A stretch of DNA of 64,000 bases from an uncultured Acidobacteriota bacterium (GTDB taxonomy: Bacteria > Acidobacteriota > Thermoanaerobaculia > UBA5066 > Gp7-AA6). Position 1 is the stretch's first letter; every line of letters starts with the position of its first letter. Location of the stretch: the NCBI GenBank assembly GCA_963707935.1, contig CAVPRN010000001.1:668183-732182 (forward strand). The letters run 5' to 3'. Of the stretch, positions 53,068-62,461 are shown piece after piece. The position numbers and the translations under genes were made by a program. Under the pieces are notes generated by a model, which had not been told where the DNA came from, did not search any database, and saw nothing but the letters and a program-made list of their open reading frames with translations.

Positions 53068-54162
53068 ATGAACCGCCGCACCTTTCTGCAAACCGCCGGC
53101 GCCGTCTCCGCGGGCCTCGCGCTTCCCGGGAGCAGGCGCCTCCTGGCGCTCGCCGGGACGTCGGAGGGCTGGCGCACGTTCGAGGTGACGACACGCGTCG
53201 AGGTCCTGAAACCCTCCGGGGCGACCTTCGTGTGGCTCCCGGCCGCCATCCTGCGCGACACCCCGTTCCAGAAGACGCTCGCCAACGACTTCCGCGCCGA
53301 AGGGGGCTCGGCCGAGCTCGTCCAGAACAAGGGGGACGCGCTCGGAATCGTCACGGCGAAGTTCCCGGAGGGCGTTCCGCCGGTCGTGACCCTCACGTGC
53401 CGGGTCTCGACGAAGGGCTACGCGGTCGATCTCTCGAAGCCGGGTAAGGCGCCGAAGGTGGATCGGGCGGAGCTCGACTACTTCCTGAAGCCGACGAAGG
53501 TGATTCCCGTCGACGGCGTCGTGAAGATCACGGCGCTCGAGGCGACGCAGGGGGCGACGACGGACGTCCAGAAGGCGCGCGCCATCTACGAGTGGATCGT
53601 CGAGAACACCTACCGCAACCCGAAGACGCGCGGCTGCGGTGTGGGCGACATCCGATTCATGCTGGAGTCGAAGGACCTGGGAGGCAAGTGCGCCGATCTG
53701 AACGCGCTCTACGTCGGGCTCGCGCGCGCGGCGGGCGTTCCGGCGCGCCACATCTACGGGCTGCGCGTCGCGCCTTCGCAGCTCGGATTCAAGAGCCTCG
53801 GGCTCGCGACGGACAAGGCGACCAGCGGACAGCACTGCCGGGTCGAGGTCTGGCTGAAGGACTACGGCTGGGTGCCTGTCGATCCCGCCGACGTGCGCAA
53901 GGTCATGCTCGAGGAGCCGCCGGGAAACCTCCCGATCGACAGCGACCCGGTGAAGAAGGCGCGCGAGCGCCTCTTCGGCGCCTGGGAGATGAACTGGATG
54001 GCCTACAACTACGGGCACGACGTCGTCCTGCCCGGCTCGAAGGGCGCGCCCTGCAACTATTTCATGTACCCGCAGGGCGAGACGGCCGAAGGCCGGCTCG
54101 ACCCGTTCGACGCGGACGCCTTCCGGTACGAGATCACGTCGAAGGAGCTCACGGCGGCCTGA
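53068..54162 (+). CDS. Tat-exported transglutaminase-like protein
   Basis: MNRRTFL Tat signal; catalytic GKCADLN, QHCRVE, WVPVDP. Confidence 0.88.
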   Translation: MNRRTFLQTAGAVSAGLALPGSRRLLALAGTSEGWRTFEVTTRVEVLKPSGATFVWLPAAILRDTPFQKTLANDFRAEGGSAELVQNKGDALGIVTAKFPEGVPPVVTLTCRVSTKGYAVDLSKPGKAPKVDRAELDYFLKPTKVIPVDGVVKITALEATQGATTDVQKARAIYEWIVENTYRNPKTRGCGVGDIRFMLESKDLGGKCADLNALYVGLARAAGVPARHIYGLRVAPSQLGFKSLGLATDKATSGQHCRVEVWLKDYGWVPVDPADVRKVMLEEPPGNLPIDSDPVKKARERLFGAWEMNWMAYNYGHDVVLPGSKGAPCNYFMYPQGETAEGRLDPFDADAFRYEITSKELTAA

Positions 54163-54193
54163 GGCGGGCCGCGCGGATTCGTTCGTTCCGCGT

Positions 54194-54688
54194 CTACCTT
54201 GTGCCGATCGCTTTGGTCATCTGCTCGAGCCGGAGCCGGTCCAGGCTCTCGAGCGGGAGCGAGATGAAGAGTCCGAGGCGGCGGTAGATCTCGACACCCA
54301 CGTTCTTGATCGCCTTTCGCTGCTCCGCTTCGCCCACGGCGGCGTCGGGGTCCTCCGATCCCCAGTGGGCGATGACCGGCTGCCCCGGCCAGACGGGACA
54401 GGTCTCGCGGGCCTTGTCGCAGACGGTGATCACGAAATCGAACTTCACGTCCCGGAACTCCTCCCACGACTTGCTGCGCGCGGCGCTCGCGTCGATGTGG
54501 TACCCGTCCCGGAGAAGATCGAGGACGTACGGGTTGACGCGGCCCTTCGGGTTCGCCCCGGCGCTGAAGGCTTCGAAGCGGTTAGGGTCGAGCCGCCGCA
54601 GGAAGAACTCCGCCAGGATGCTTCTGGCCGAGTTGCCCGTGCAGAGGAAGAGAATCTTGAACTTGCGTTCAGGCGCTTTCGGTTTCAA
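54194..54688 (-). CDS. arsC: Arsenate reductase (LMW-PTPase type)
   Basis: CTGNSARS P-loop; ITVCD..ETCPVWPG; HWGSEDP. Confidence 0.92.
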   Translation of the reverse strand: MKPKAPERKFKILFLCTGNSARSILAEFFLRRLDPNRFEAFSAGANPKGRVNPYVLDLLRDGYHIDASAARSKSWEEFRDVKFDFVITVCDKARETCPVWPGQPVIAHWGSEDPDAAVGEAEQRKAIKNVGVEIYRRLGLFISLPLESLDRLRLEQMTKAIGTR

Positions 54689-55430
54689 GGGGCTCTCCTT
54701 TCCTTCGGGGGGGAGCGGGCCGGGATGGCATTAGCCACTTCCCAAGGACGAACGCGGCGGCGCCCCCGGCGGCCTGGCCGGCGAGAAACCCGGGAACGTC
54801 CCGGGGACGGATGCCGACAAAGGTGTCGGACAGCGCCCGGCCGAGCGTCACGGCGGGATTGGCGAATGACGTCGAGGACGTGAACCAGTACGCCGCCGCG
54901 ATGTAACAGCCGACGGCGGCGGCGGAGGCCGGGAGGCCCAGGCGCGACGACCCGAGGACGACCAGGACCAGACCGAGCGTCGCCACGAGCTCCGCGAAGA
55001 CCTGAGACGGGCCCGATCGGCTCCTCGTCGCGATCGAGAGGATCGGCAGTCCGAACATGGCGTGCGCGGCCGCGACGCCGGCAAGCGCGCCGGCCGCCTG
55101 CGCTGCGAGATACGCCGGCGCGTCGGCCCAGGCCAGGGCGCCCCTCCCGGCTTGCACGAGCGTCACGATCGGGTTCAGGTGGGCGCCGGAGACCGCGCCG
55201 AACGTCAGGATGATCGCGACGAGACCGGCGCCCGTCGCGATGCTGTTCGCCAGGAGCGCCAGGGCGAGGCTCCCGCCGGCGAGCCTCTCGCCCATCACGC
55301 CCGAGCCGACGATCGTCGCGAGCAGGAACGCGGTGCCGAGGCCGTCGAGAGCGGCGCGGCGCGCGAGTCCTCCTGCCGGAGCCGCGGTCGGCACGGCGCG
55401 GTCCGATCGCAGCGTGACGACACGGGTCAT
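54669..55430 (-). CDS. MIP/aquaporin, ars-associated (AqpS-like)
   Basis: SGAHLNPIVT and AYWFTSSTSFANPAVT. Confidence 0.88.
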   Translation of the reverse strand: MTRVVTLRSDRAVPTAAPAGGLARRAALDGLGTAFLLATIVGSGVMGERLAGGSLALALLANSIATGAGLVAIILTFGAVSGAHLNPIVTLVQAGRGALAWADAPAYLAAQAAGALAGVAAAHAMFGLPILSIATRSRSGPSQVFAELVATLGLVLVVLGSSRLGLPASAAAVGCYIAAAYWFTSSTSFANPAVTLGRALSDTFVGIRPRDVPGFLAGQAAGGAAAFVLGKWLMPSRPAPPRRKGEPLETESA

Positions 55431-55440
55431 CGACCGGGTC

Positions 55441-55866
55441 TCACGCCGTGCAGCAATCCGTGGCGCAGCAGGCGCTCGCCTCGGCGTTGGGCTGCTCGAT
55501 GTCCTCGAGCACCGTGTAGACCTCCCAGCGGTTGCCGTCGGGATCCGCGAGCCAGAACTTGTCCTGCACGGCGTAGCAGCACGACTCCGTCTTTTCTTCC
55601 TCGGTCGCCACACCGCGCCGTTCGAGCGCCGCCCTCCACTTGCGGACTTCGTCGACCGATTCGACCCGAATGCCGAGATGCGAGAGGGCGCCTGCTCCGG
55701 CCGCCCGCGGCGCGGGTTGCAGAGCCAGATGGATTTCGGGCTCGGCCGTGACGAACTTCGCGTAGTCGCTCTTGAGCTTGGCGGGCTCGCCCAGGAAGCG
55801 GCGGTAGAAGTCGACCGAGCGATCCAGATCGGAGACGTTCAGGGAAATGTGGACGGAAGCGGGCAT
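55441..55866 (-). CDS. ArsI/CadI-family VOC metalloenzyme
   Basis: HISLNV, DYAKF, SHLGI, CCYAVQDKFW..DPDGNRWEVY, Cys-rich tail. Confidence 0.88.
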   Translation of the reverse strand: MPASVHISLNVSDLDRSVDFYRRFLGEPAKLKSDYAKFVTAEPEIHLALQPAPRAAGAGALSHLGIRVESVDEVRKWRAALERRGVATEEEKTESCCYAVQDKFWLADPDGNRWEVYTVLEDIEQPNAEASACCATDCCTA

Positions 55867-55879
55867 GATCGGGCTCCTT

Positions 55880-55908
55880 TCATCAATAGATCGAAAACAA
55901 TCGAACTC
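55880..55908 (-). promoter_or_regulatory. Putative ArsR operator, copy 2
   Basis: 21/29 identical to 56681-56709; TCGA-containing imperfect palindrome upstream of the ArsI/CadI gene. Confidence 0.6.
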
Positions 55909-55926
55909 TCACGGCAAAAAACCCCG

Positions 55927-56232
55927 TCAGACGGCCTTCGCGATCTGTTCCGCCAGGCGCGCGATCGCGGCTTCGTTGCGGCGGTAGTACATCCACCGGC
56001 CGCGCTTCTCCGCGTCCACGAGCCCCGCCCGCCGGAGCAGCCCCATGTGGTGCGAGACCGCGGCCTGCGACAGGCCGACGGCCTGCTCGATGTCGCAGGC
56101 GCACAATCCGGGCTCGTTGCGCGAAATGAGGTCGCAGCACGACCGCCCTCGGGCACGCAGCAGGGCGAGGATCTTGAGCCGAGTGGGATCGGCCAGCGCC
56201 TTGAAAGCGGTCACCGCGAGGTCCTCCGTCAC
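55927..56232 (-). CDS. arsR: ArsR/SmtB metalloregulator
   Basis: FKALADPTRLKIL, LCACDI, SQAAVSHH, RGRWMYY; GTG start overlaps the upstream stop. Confidence 0.9.
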   Translation of the reverse strand: MTEDLAVTAFKALADPTRLKILALLRARGRSCCDLISRNEPGLCACDIEQAVGLSQAAVSHHMGLLRRAGLVDAEKRGRWMYYRRNEAAIARLAEQIAKAV

Positions 56233-56688
56233 GGCTTGACCCGCGCGTGCATCATCCGCGCGCTCTTCGGGCACGCCGACCGAAACTCGACGGAACCTTG
56301 CAGGCTCGCGGGAGCGCTCGACCGCTCCTCCGCGGTGAAACCGAAGCGCGGGAAGAAGTCGCCGGCCGTCTCCGTCAGGAGGTAGACGTCGCGCGCGCCG
56401 AGCCCTTCGGCCATCCGCAGGGCCCTTCGCGGTCAGGTCGCCGCCGAGGCCGCGTCCGCGCTCGCTCGAGGACACCGCGAGCGAGCGGAGCAGCGCGGTC
56501 CCGCCGTAGGGCTCGATCGCGACGAATCCGACGAGCCGGCCGCCGCGAGAAGCGATCAGGGCATGGGCGAGCGCCTCCCGCAGGCCGTCGAGAGGAAGGT
56601 GGCACTCCCGCAGCAGCGCTTCGACCTGGTCGAAGTCGGACTCCGTCGCGCGGCGCACGGAGACATCGGCGATCCCCGGCTCATTCAT
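56229..56688 (-). CDS. GNAT N-acetyltransferase (ArsN2-like), frameshift near 56425
   Basis: ALLRSLAV..RGRGLG, VYLLTETAGDFFPRFGF, EFRSACPKSA. Confidence 0.85.
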
Positions 56689-56726
56689 ACATCGATAAAC
56701 ATAGAACTGTCCACGGAGCCTGTCAA
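56681..56726 (-). promoter_or_regulatory. Sigma-70 promoter overlapped by putative ArsR operator copy 1
   Basis: TTGACA-N17-TATGTT on the minus strand, 9 nt before the ATG. Confidence 0.75.
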
Positions 56727-56767
56727 GCCCCGCCGCCGCCTTGCGCTCCCAACGGTAAGCTCCGCCG

Positions 56768-58031
56768 ATGAGCGGACCGGCCCGCACGCCGCCGCCTGAG
56801 GTTCCCGGCCAACGGCCCTCGGGCTGGCTCAACCGCTCGACCGTCGGCCTCGCTCTCGCGAGCCTCTTCTCCGACGTCTCGCACGAGCTCGCGACCGCCG
56901 TGCTTCCGGCGTTCCTCCTGTCCCTCGGGGCGGGCCCCGCCACGCTCGGCTGGATCGAAGGCAGCGCCGACGGGCTGGCAGCGGTCGCCAAGCTCTGGGG
57001 CGGCGTGATGGCCGATCGCACCCGGAAGCGCAAGCCGCTCGCCTCGATCGGATACCTCGTCACGGCGGTCGGCATCGCGGCCATCGGGCTTTGCTCGCGG
57101 TGGTGGCAGGTGCTTCTCTGCCGGGCCGGGGCCTGGATGGGAAGGGGGAGCCGCTCGGCTCCGCGCGACGTGCTGGTGGCCGAGGCGACGGGTCCCGAGT
57201 CCATCGGAAAGGCGTTTGGCCTGGAGCGGGCCGGCGACGCTCTCGGAGCCGTCGTGGGTCCGCTCCTCGCGCTCGCGCTCCTCGCCCACGGCGTCGGAGT
57301 GCGAAGCGTCTTCCTGGCATCCCTGGCTCCGGGCCTCCTCGCGTTTCTTTCGATCGTGGTCCTCGTCGTCGAGCGCCGCCAGGTCGCCCCGAGCGCGTCG
57401 TCGCCTCTCCGGCTGAGGATCGCGTCGACGGGAAGAGGATTCCGGCGGTTCCTCGGCGGCATCTTCCTCTTCGGATGCGGCGATTTCTCGCGGACGTTGC
57501 TGATTCTGTACGCGACAGAGCACGCGACCGGCACGCTCTTCTCCTGGCCCGCCGCAGCTTTCGCGATCGCGCTCTACGTCCTGCACAACGCCGTCAGCTC
57601 GGCGATGGCGCTCCCGCTCGGAGCCCTGAGCGACCGGCTGGGCGTGCGGCGTGTCGTCGTCGGAGGATACGTTCTCGCCGCCGTCGTCACCGCCGCCTTC
57701 GGGCTGTTGCCCGCCACGCCACTTCTTCTGACGGTCCTCTTCGTCGGGTCGGGCGTTTCCATCGCGTCGGAGGAAGTCGGCGAGAAGGCGTACGCCGCCG
57801 AGCTCCTGCCGGCGGACGCTCCGGGGAACGGGAATGGGCCTCCTCGCCGCGACCAACGGCGTCGGTGATCTGGCCTCGAGCGCGCTGGTCGGCACGCTCT
57901 GGGCGATCGCCCCCGATCGGCCCTGGATCGGATTCCTGGCGGCGGCGACCCTGCAGCTCTCGGGCGCCGGGTTACTGGCGCGGCTGCCGAAGCCGGTGGA
58001 CCGAACCGGGTTGCGCGGGACTTCGATCTAG
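56768..58031 (+). CDS. MFS transporter (frameshift near 57825)
   Basis: SLFSDVSHE, GWIEG, ADRTRKRK, GRGSRSAPRD, GALSDRLG. Confidence 0.85.
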
Positions 58032-58073
58032 GGCAAAGGCGACGCTGCCCGGTATTGGAGAACAAGGCGGGTT

Positions 58074-60515
58074 CTAGTCGGAGAGCCCCCTCTTGAAGGC
58101 CCCTTGTCTTTGCGCCTCCTGCGCCTCGACCGCGGCTGCGGCCGTCATCTCCTTCAGATCGATCGTCACCTTGCCGATCTTGCCGGTGAACTCGAACGGC
58201 ACCTTGTAGGCCTCGGTGACCGCCGTGCCTTCATCCGCGCCGACGTCGGCGCCCTCGTCCGCCGAGAACGCCATGCCCTGGGTTTGGTCGATGCGACCCT
58301 TGGCAACGCTCTTCCCGTTGACGGAAATCGTGGCCGCGCCGCCCTTGCCGACGCCACCGCCGTCGTAGGCGAACTCGTAACGGATGGTCGCCTTCCCGGC
58401 CGGCAACGCCTGCGTGGCGGCGATCGTGTACTCGTGCAGACCGAGCCAGTTGTACGTGTACGTCGGCCTGCCGTCCTTCAGGTACAGACTCCAACCGCCG
58501 AATCGGCCGGCCTGAGCCAGGATAACGCCGTTGGCTCCTCCGCTGGGGATCTCGACTTCGGCGGTGATCGTGTGCGACCGGTTCTTGATGTTGATGAAGA
58601 CGTTCTCGGACATCCCGATCATCCCCTGAAATACCGTCAGGGTGGTGCGTCCAGCCATCAGATCGGGCCGCCCGGCCGTGGCCGCATTCATGCGCTCGAG
58701 GGTTCGGTCATCGAGCGGCAGCACGTGGTACTTGACCGCTTCGGACAGGAAGAGGTCCTGCAGCTCTTTGAGCTTGGCCGGGTTCTTCGCCGCGAGGTCG
58801 TTCGCCAGGCTGAAGTCGGTGCGGGTGTCGTACAGCTCCCAGACGTCCTCTTCGAGCGCCCTCCGAGGCTTGAACTCCCACGCCGCGCGGTGAACCGTGC
58901 CGGCCAGCCAGCCGTCGTGGTACATGGCGCGGTTGCCGAAGATCTCGAAGTACTGCTGCGTGTGGCGGTCCGGAGCTTTCCCGTCCGCGAAGGTGTAGAG
59001 CAGGCTCACGCCTTCGATGGGCGTCTGCACTGTTCCGTTCACGCTCTTCGGCTCGGGCAGTCCCGCCGCTTCCAGGATCGTCGGCGCGACGTCGATGACG
59101 TGGTGCCACTGTGAGCGGACCTCGTTCTTCGCCTTGATGCCCTTGGGCCAGTGGACCACCATCCCGTTGCGGGTCCCGCCGTAGCTTGAGGCGACCTGCT
59201 TCGTCCACGTGAAGGGACAATCCCCCGCCACGGCCCAGCCGGCTGCGAAGTGCGGGTAGGTCGAGGGGTCGCCGAGCTCGTCGTAATGCTTCAGGATGTC
59301 CGCGACGGTCTCGAGCTGACCGTTGAAATAAGTCATCTCGTTGTAGAGCCCGTTCATGCCGCCTTCCGCGCTCGTCCCGTTGTCACCGACGATGTAGAAG
59401 ATCAGCGTATTGTCGAGCTCGCCCGTATCGCCGATGGCGTCGAGGAGCCGCCCGATCTCGGTGTCGGCATACTCGCCGAAGCCCGCGTAGATTTCCATCT
59501 GGCGAGCGAAGAGCCTCTTTTCGTCTGCTGTCAGCGCGCTCCAGTCCTTGATCGCTTCCGGCTTCCGAGCGAGCTTCGTGCCGGCGGGCACGACGCCGAG
59601 CTGAATCTGCCGCGCGAGCGTTTCCTCGCGCATCTTGTCCCAGCCCTGGTCAAACTTCCCCTTGTACTTGGCGATCCAATTCTTGGGAACGTGATGCGGC
59701 GCGTGGGTCGCGCCGGGCGCGAAGTAGAGAAAGAACGGCTTGTCCGGCGTGAGCGACTTCTGGTACCGCACCCACTCGACGGCATGGTTCGTCATGTCGG
59801 TCATCAAGTGGTAGTTCGGGTCGTTCGGCAGCTCGACCTGCGTCATTCCGTCGTAGAGGAGCGGCGCCCACTGGTTGGTCTCGCCGCCCATGAATCCGTA
59901 GAACTTGTCGAAGCCCGCGCGGGTCGGCCACCGATCGGTCGGGCCGGAGGGACTGACCTCCCAGGCGGCGGTCTCGTGGTTCTTTCCGAAGTGCGCGGTG
60001 CTGTAGCCGTTCAGCCGCAACATCTCGGGCAGATACGCGACGCTGTCGGGGCGCTTTCCCGTCTGTCCGGGGAAAGCCGTGGCGGACTCGGCGATCGAGC
60101 CGAAGTTGGTCATGTGATGGTTGCGGCCGCTGAGCAGCGCCGCGCGGGTCGGCGAGCAGAGCGCGGTGGTGTGGAACTCGTTGTAGCGAAGCCCGCCGCT
60201 GGCTAGGCGCGTGACGGTCGGCATGTGGATCGGCCCGCCGAAGGCTTCGGACATGCCGAAGCCCATGTCATCGATGAGCACGATGAGGACATTGGGCGCG
60301 CCCGCCGGCGCCTTGACCTCGAACCGCGGCGGGGGCGTGGCGTTCCGGGCATTGAACTCCGTGATGTCCGGAATCTTGGGCTCGGGGATCGGCAGCACGG
60401 TGCGGTCGGTCGGCCCGATGACCCGGGTTTGCGCCGCCGCCGGCACCATCGTCCAAGGGGCCAGCAGCGTGACCAGGGTCAGCACGCGGGCCATCCCGAC
60501 AGCAATTCTCTTCAT
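58074..60515 (-). CDS. Arylsulfatase (formylglycine-dependent), secreted
   Basis: PNVLIVLIDD, LCSPTRAALLSG (CxPxR), GKNH, HAPHH, GDNG; C-terminal beta-sandwich extension. Confidence 0.93.
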   Translation of the reverse strand: MKRIAVGMARVLTLVTLLAPWTMVPAAAQTRVIGPTDRTVLPIPEPKIPDITEFNARNATPPPRFEVKAPAGAPNVLIVLIDDMGFGMSEAFGGPIHMPTVTRLASGGLRYNEFHTTALCSPTRAALLSGRNHHMTNFGSIAESATAFPGQTGKRPDSVAYLPEMLRLNGYSTAHFGKNHETAAWEVSPSGPTDRWPTRAGFDKFYGFMGGETNQWAPLLYDGMTQVELPNDPNYHLMTDMTNHAVEWVRYQKSLTPDKPFFLYFAPGATHAPHHVPKNWIAKYKGKFDQGWDKMREETLARQIQLGVVPAGTKLARKPEAIKDWSALTADEKRLFARQMEIYAGFGEYADTEIGRLLDAIGDTGELDNTLIFYIVGDNGTSAEGGMNGLYNEMTYFNGQLETVADILKHYDELGDPSTYPHFAAGWAVAGDCPFTWTKQVASSYGGTRNGMVVHWPKGIKAKNEVRSQWHHVIDVAPTILEAAGLPEPKSVNGTVQTPIEGVSLLYTFADGKAPDRHTQQYFEIFGNRAMYHDGWLAGTVHRAAWEFKPRRALEEDVWELYDTRTDFSLANDLAAKNPAKLKELQDLFLSEAVKYHVLPLDDRTLERMNAATAGRPDLMAGRTTLTVFQGMIGMSENVFINIKNRSHTITAEVEIPSGGANGVILAQAGRFGGWSLYLKDGRPTYTYNWLGLHEYTIAATQALPAGKATIRYEFAYDGGGVGKGGAATISVNGKSVAKGRIDQTQGMAFSADEGADVGADEGTAVTEAYKVPFEFTGKIGKVTIDLKEMTAAAAVEAQEAQRQGAFKRGLSD

Positions 60516-61026
60516 GACTTCCGGGTCTCCTTCGTCGTTGAATCACCTTCCGACAGCGGCAAGCCGCGAGCCGCGGATCGCTCGTAGCGGAATCCGCGCC
60601 GATCATGTCAGTCCGGGGTACCGAGCCGCCAGCCGTTTTTGGGGAGGGTCGCCGCCGGCCGGACGTCGACGATCCGGGTTCGCGACCGCTCGGGGCGGCC
60701 TGTCCGGGCGGATATGCGCCGGCCGGAGGCCTCAGCCTCAAGAAGCATGCAGTCTGGATCTCGCGGACCAGGAGCCTCCCGGAGCCCTCTTGGGGGCGCA
60801 AGAGGAATTTCCTGACACGATTTTCTTCGCACTTGCGCTCCTGGTTGTTAGAGGCGACACCACGTTCATCCTTTGGAAAGCGCGTGAAATGGGATTCATG
60901 CAGTTTCTTGAATGTCCGTCCGCAAGACACTCAAAGCGCACACTCGGGCGCGGAACCGCGCAGAGCTCCGTCGCCCCGCAGAGTCTGCGCGATCCGGGAG
61001 GAGGGGTTAGGCGAAGACTTGCAACC

Positions 61027-62442
61027 TTGACACTCTCTCTCGCGTTGGTGTCCGTCCGGGTGCTCGCGCAGGACGAAGCCCAAACCACGGGGGATGAACC
61101 CACGATCGACCAACTGCAGGAGATGAAGCACACGCTGGAGCTGCAGCGGCAGAAGATCGAGAAGCTCAAGCAGGAAGCTCAGCAGGCCGAAGAGGAGCTG
61201 AGGCAAATGCAGCGACAGATCCAGGAGAAGCGGAATCGGGCCGCGGCTCCAGCGGTGCAACCCGGAAAGCCCGACCTCCCGCCACCCTCCCTCGCCAAGT
61301 CGATGCCCCCTCCGGAAAATCCGCAGGACCCCAACGCGGTCTTGCCCCGCTGGGCGGTGCTCAAGATCAGTGACACGATGAGCTTTCGGTTCGGAGTACA
61401 GGTGCAGGCGGCCTTGGAGTTGCTCCAGGATCCCAACACCAACGGCTATTCGCAGAACCTCTACCTGCGTCGGGCTCGCGTCGGAATTCTCGGGGATCTG
61501 GGCGGCGGCGTGACGATGCTCTTCCAGACGGCGGCGGTGCGCCTCGGTTACGCCGGGAACACCGGCGCCAAGAACACGAATTCGGGATTCCAGGTGCTGG
61601 ACGCATGGGCTCAGTGGGCCTTCCTGGGCAAGGCAGCGAGGCTGCAGGCGGGCCTCTTTCGAGTGCCGACGGTCCGGCAGGCCATGACCTTTTCCGCGAC
61701 GTTCCTGACCCTCGATTTGCCGACGTGGACGTTTCAGGAGGGGGCGGTCGAGGAGTCCACCCTCCTGCGGGACTATGGCGTCGGCTTCAACGGCGCGCTC
61801 CTTGCCAACGAGCACCTGTCATACCGGATCGGGATCTTCTCGGGATACCGCCACCCGAGCTCGCCCCAGCCGCTGCCGCTCGGGCCGGCGGCGGGCTCGC
61901 GCAACCCGCCGCGGATCGCCGGCCGCATCATGTACGACTTCTTCGAGCCGGAGGGCGGCACTCCCAACTACATCGGCACGTATCTTGGAAAGAGGAAGGT
62001 CCTTGCCATCGGGCTCGTCGGGGACGGTCAGGGCGCCTACAAAGGCTATGGCGGCGACGTGTTCTTCGATTGGCCGATTGGGCCGGGCGCGGTCACCGCG
62101 GAGCTGGACTACATCCACTTCGATGGCCATCACTTCCTCTACGATATCGGCGGCACGCCGACGACTCTTCCGGAACAGCAGACCTTCTACACGAACGAGG
62201 GCTACTACTTCGCCTGCCTGAACCTTCAGCCGTTTTTCCGATACGAGACGCTCACGTACGCGGACCCCGTCAACGCAGCCAGGGAACAGACCCGCGTCGG
62301 CGGCGGATTCAACTACTACGTCTACGGGCGCAACTTGAAGGCGACGGCAGCCTACGAGAGGATCATGCCTAGGGTGAAGCCGGCCACCGCGGTAATCCGG
62401 GACTTCAATCGATTCGTCCTGCAGTTGCAGGGCTTCTTCTAA
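61027..62442 (+). CDS. Outer-membrane porin-like protein with N-terminal coiled coil (start uncertain)
   Basis: Signal peptide ending VLAQ; LRRARV, DAW, GTYLGK, terminal Phe (LQLQGFF). Confidence 0.75.
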   Translation: MTLSLALVSVRVLAQDEAQTTGDEPTIDQLQEMKHTLELQRQKIEKLKQEAQQAEEELRQMQRQIQEKRNRAAAPAVQPGKPDLPPPSLAKSMPPPENPQDPNAVLPRWAVLKISDTMSFRFGVQVQAALELLQDPNTNGYSQNLYLRRARVGILGDLGGGVTMLFQTAAVRLGYAGNTGAKNTNSGFQVLDAWAQWAFLGKAARLQAGLFRVPTVRQAMTFSATFLTLDLPTWTFQEGAVEESTLLRDYGVGFNGALLANEHLSYRIGIFSGYRHPSSPQPLPLGPAAGSRNPPRIAGRIMYDFFEPEGGTPNYIGTYLGKRKVLAIGLVGDGQGAYKGYGGDVFFDWPIGPGAVTAELDYIHFDGHHFLYDIGGTPTTLPEQQTFYTNEGYYFACLNLQPFFRYETLTYADPVNAAREQTRVGGGFNYYVYGRNLKATAAYERIMPRVKPATAVIRDFNRFVLQLQGFF

Positions 62443-62461
62443 AGAGCTCGCGGTTCCGGCA

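Noticed and set aside
60211-61026. N-terminal extension of the porin ORF
   Set aside because: Overlaps the sulfatase antisense and the intergenic region; the signal peptide begins near 61010-61030
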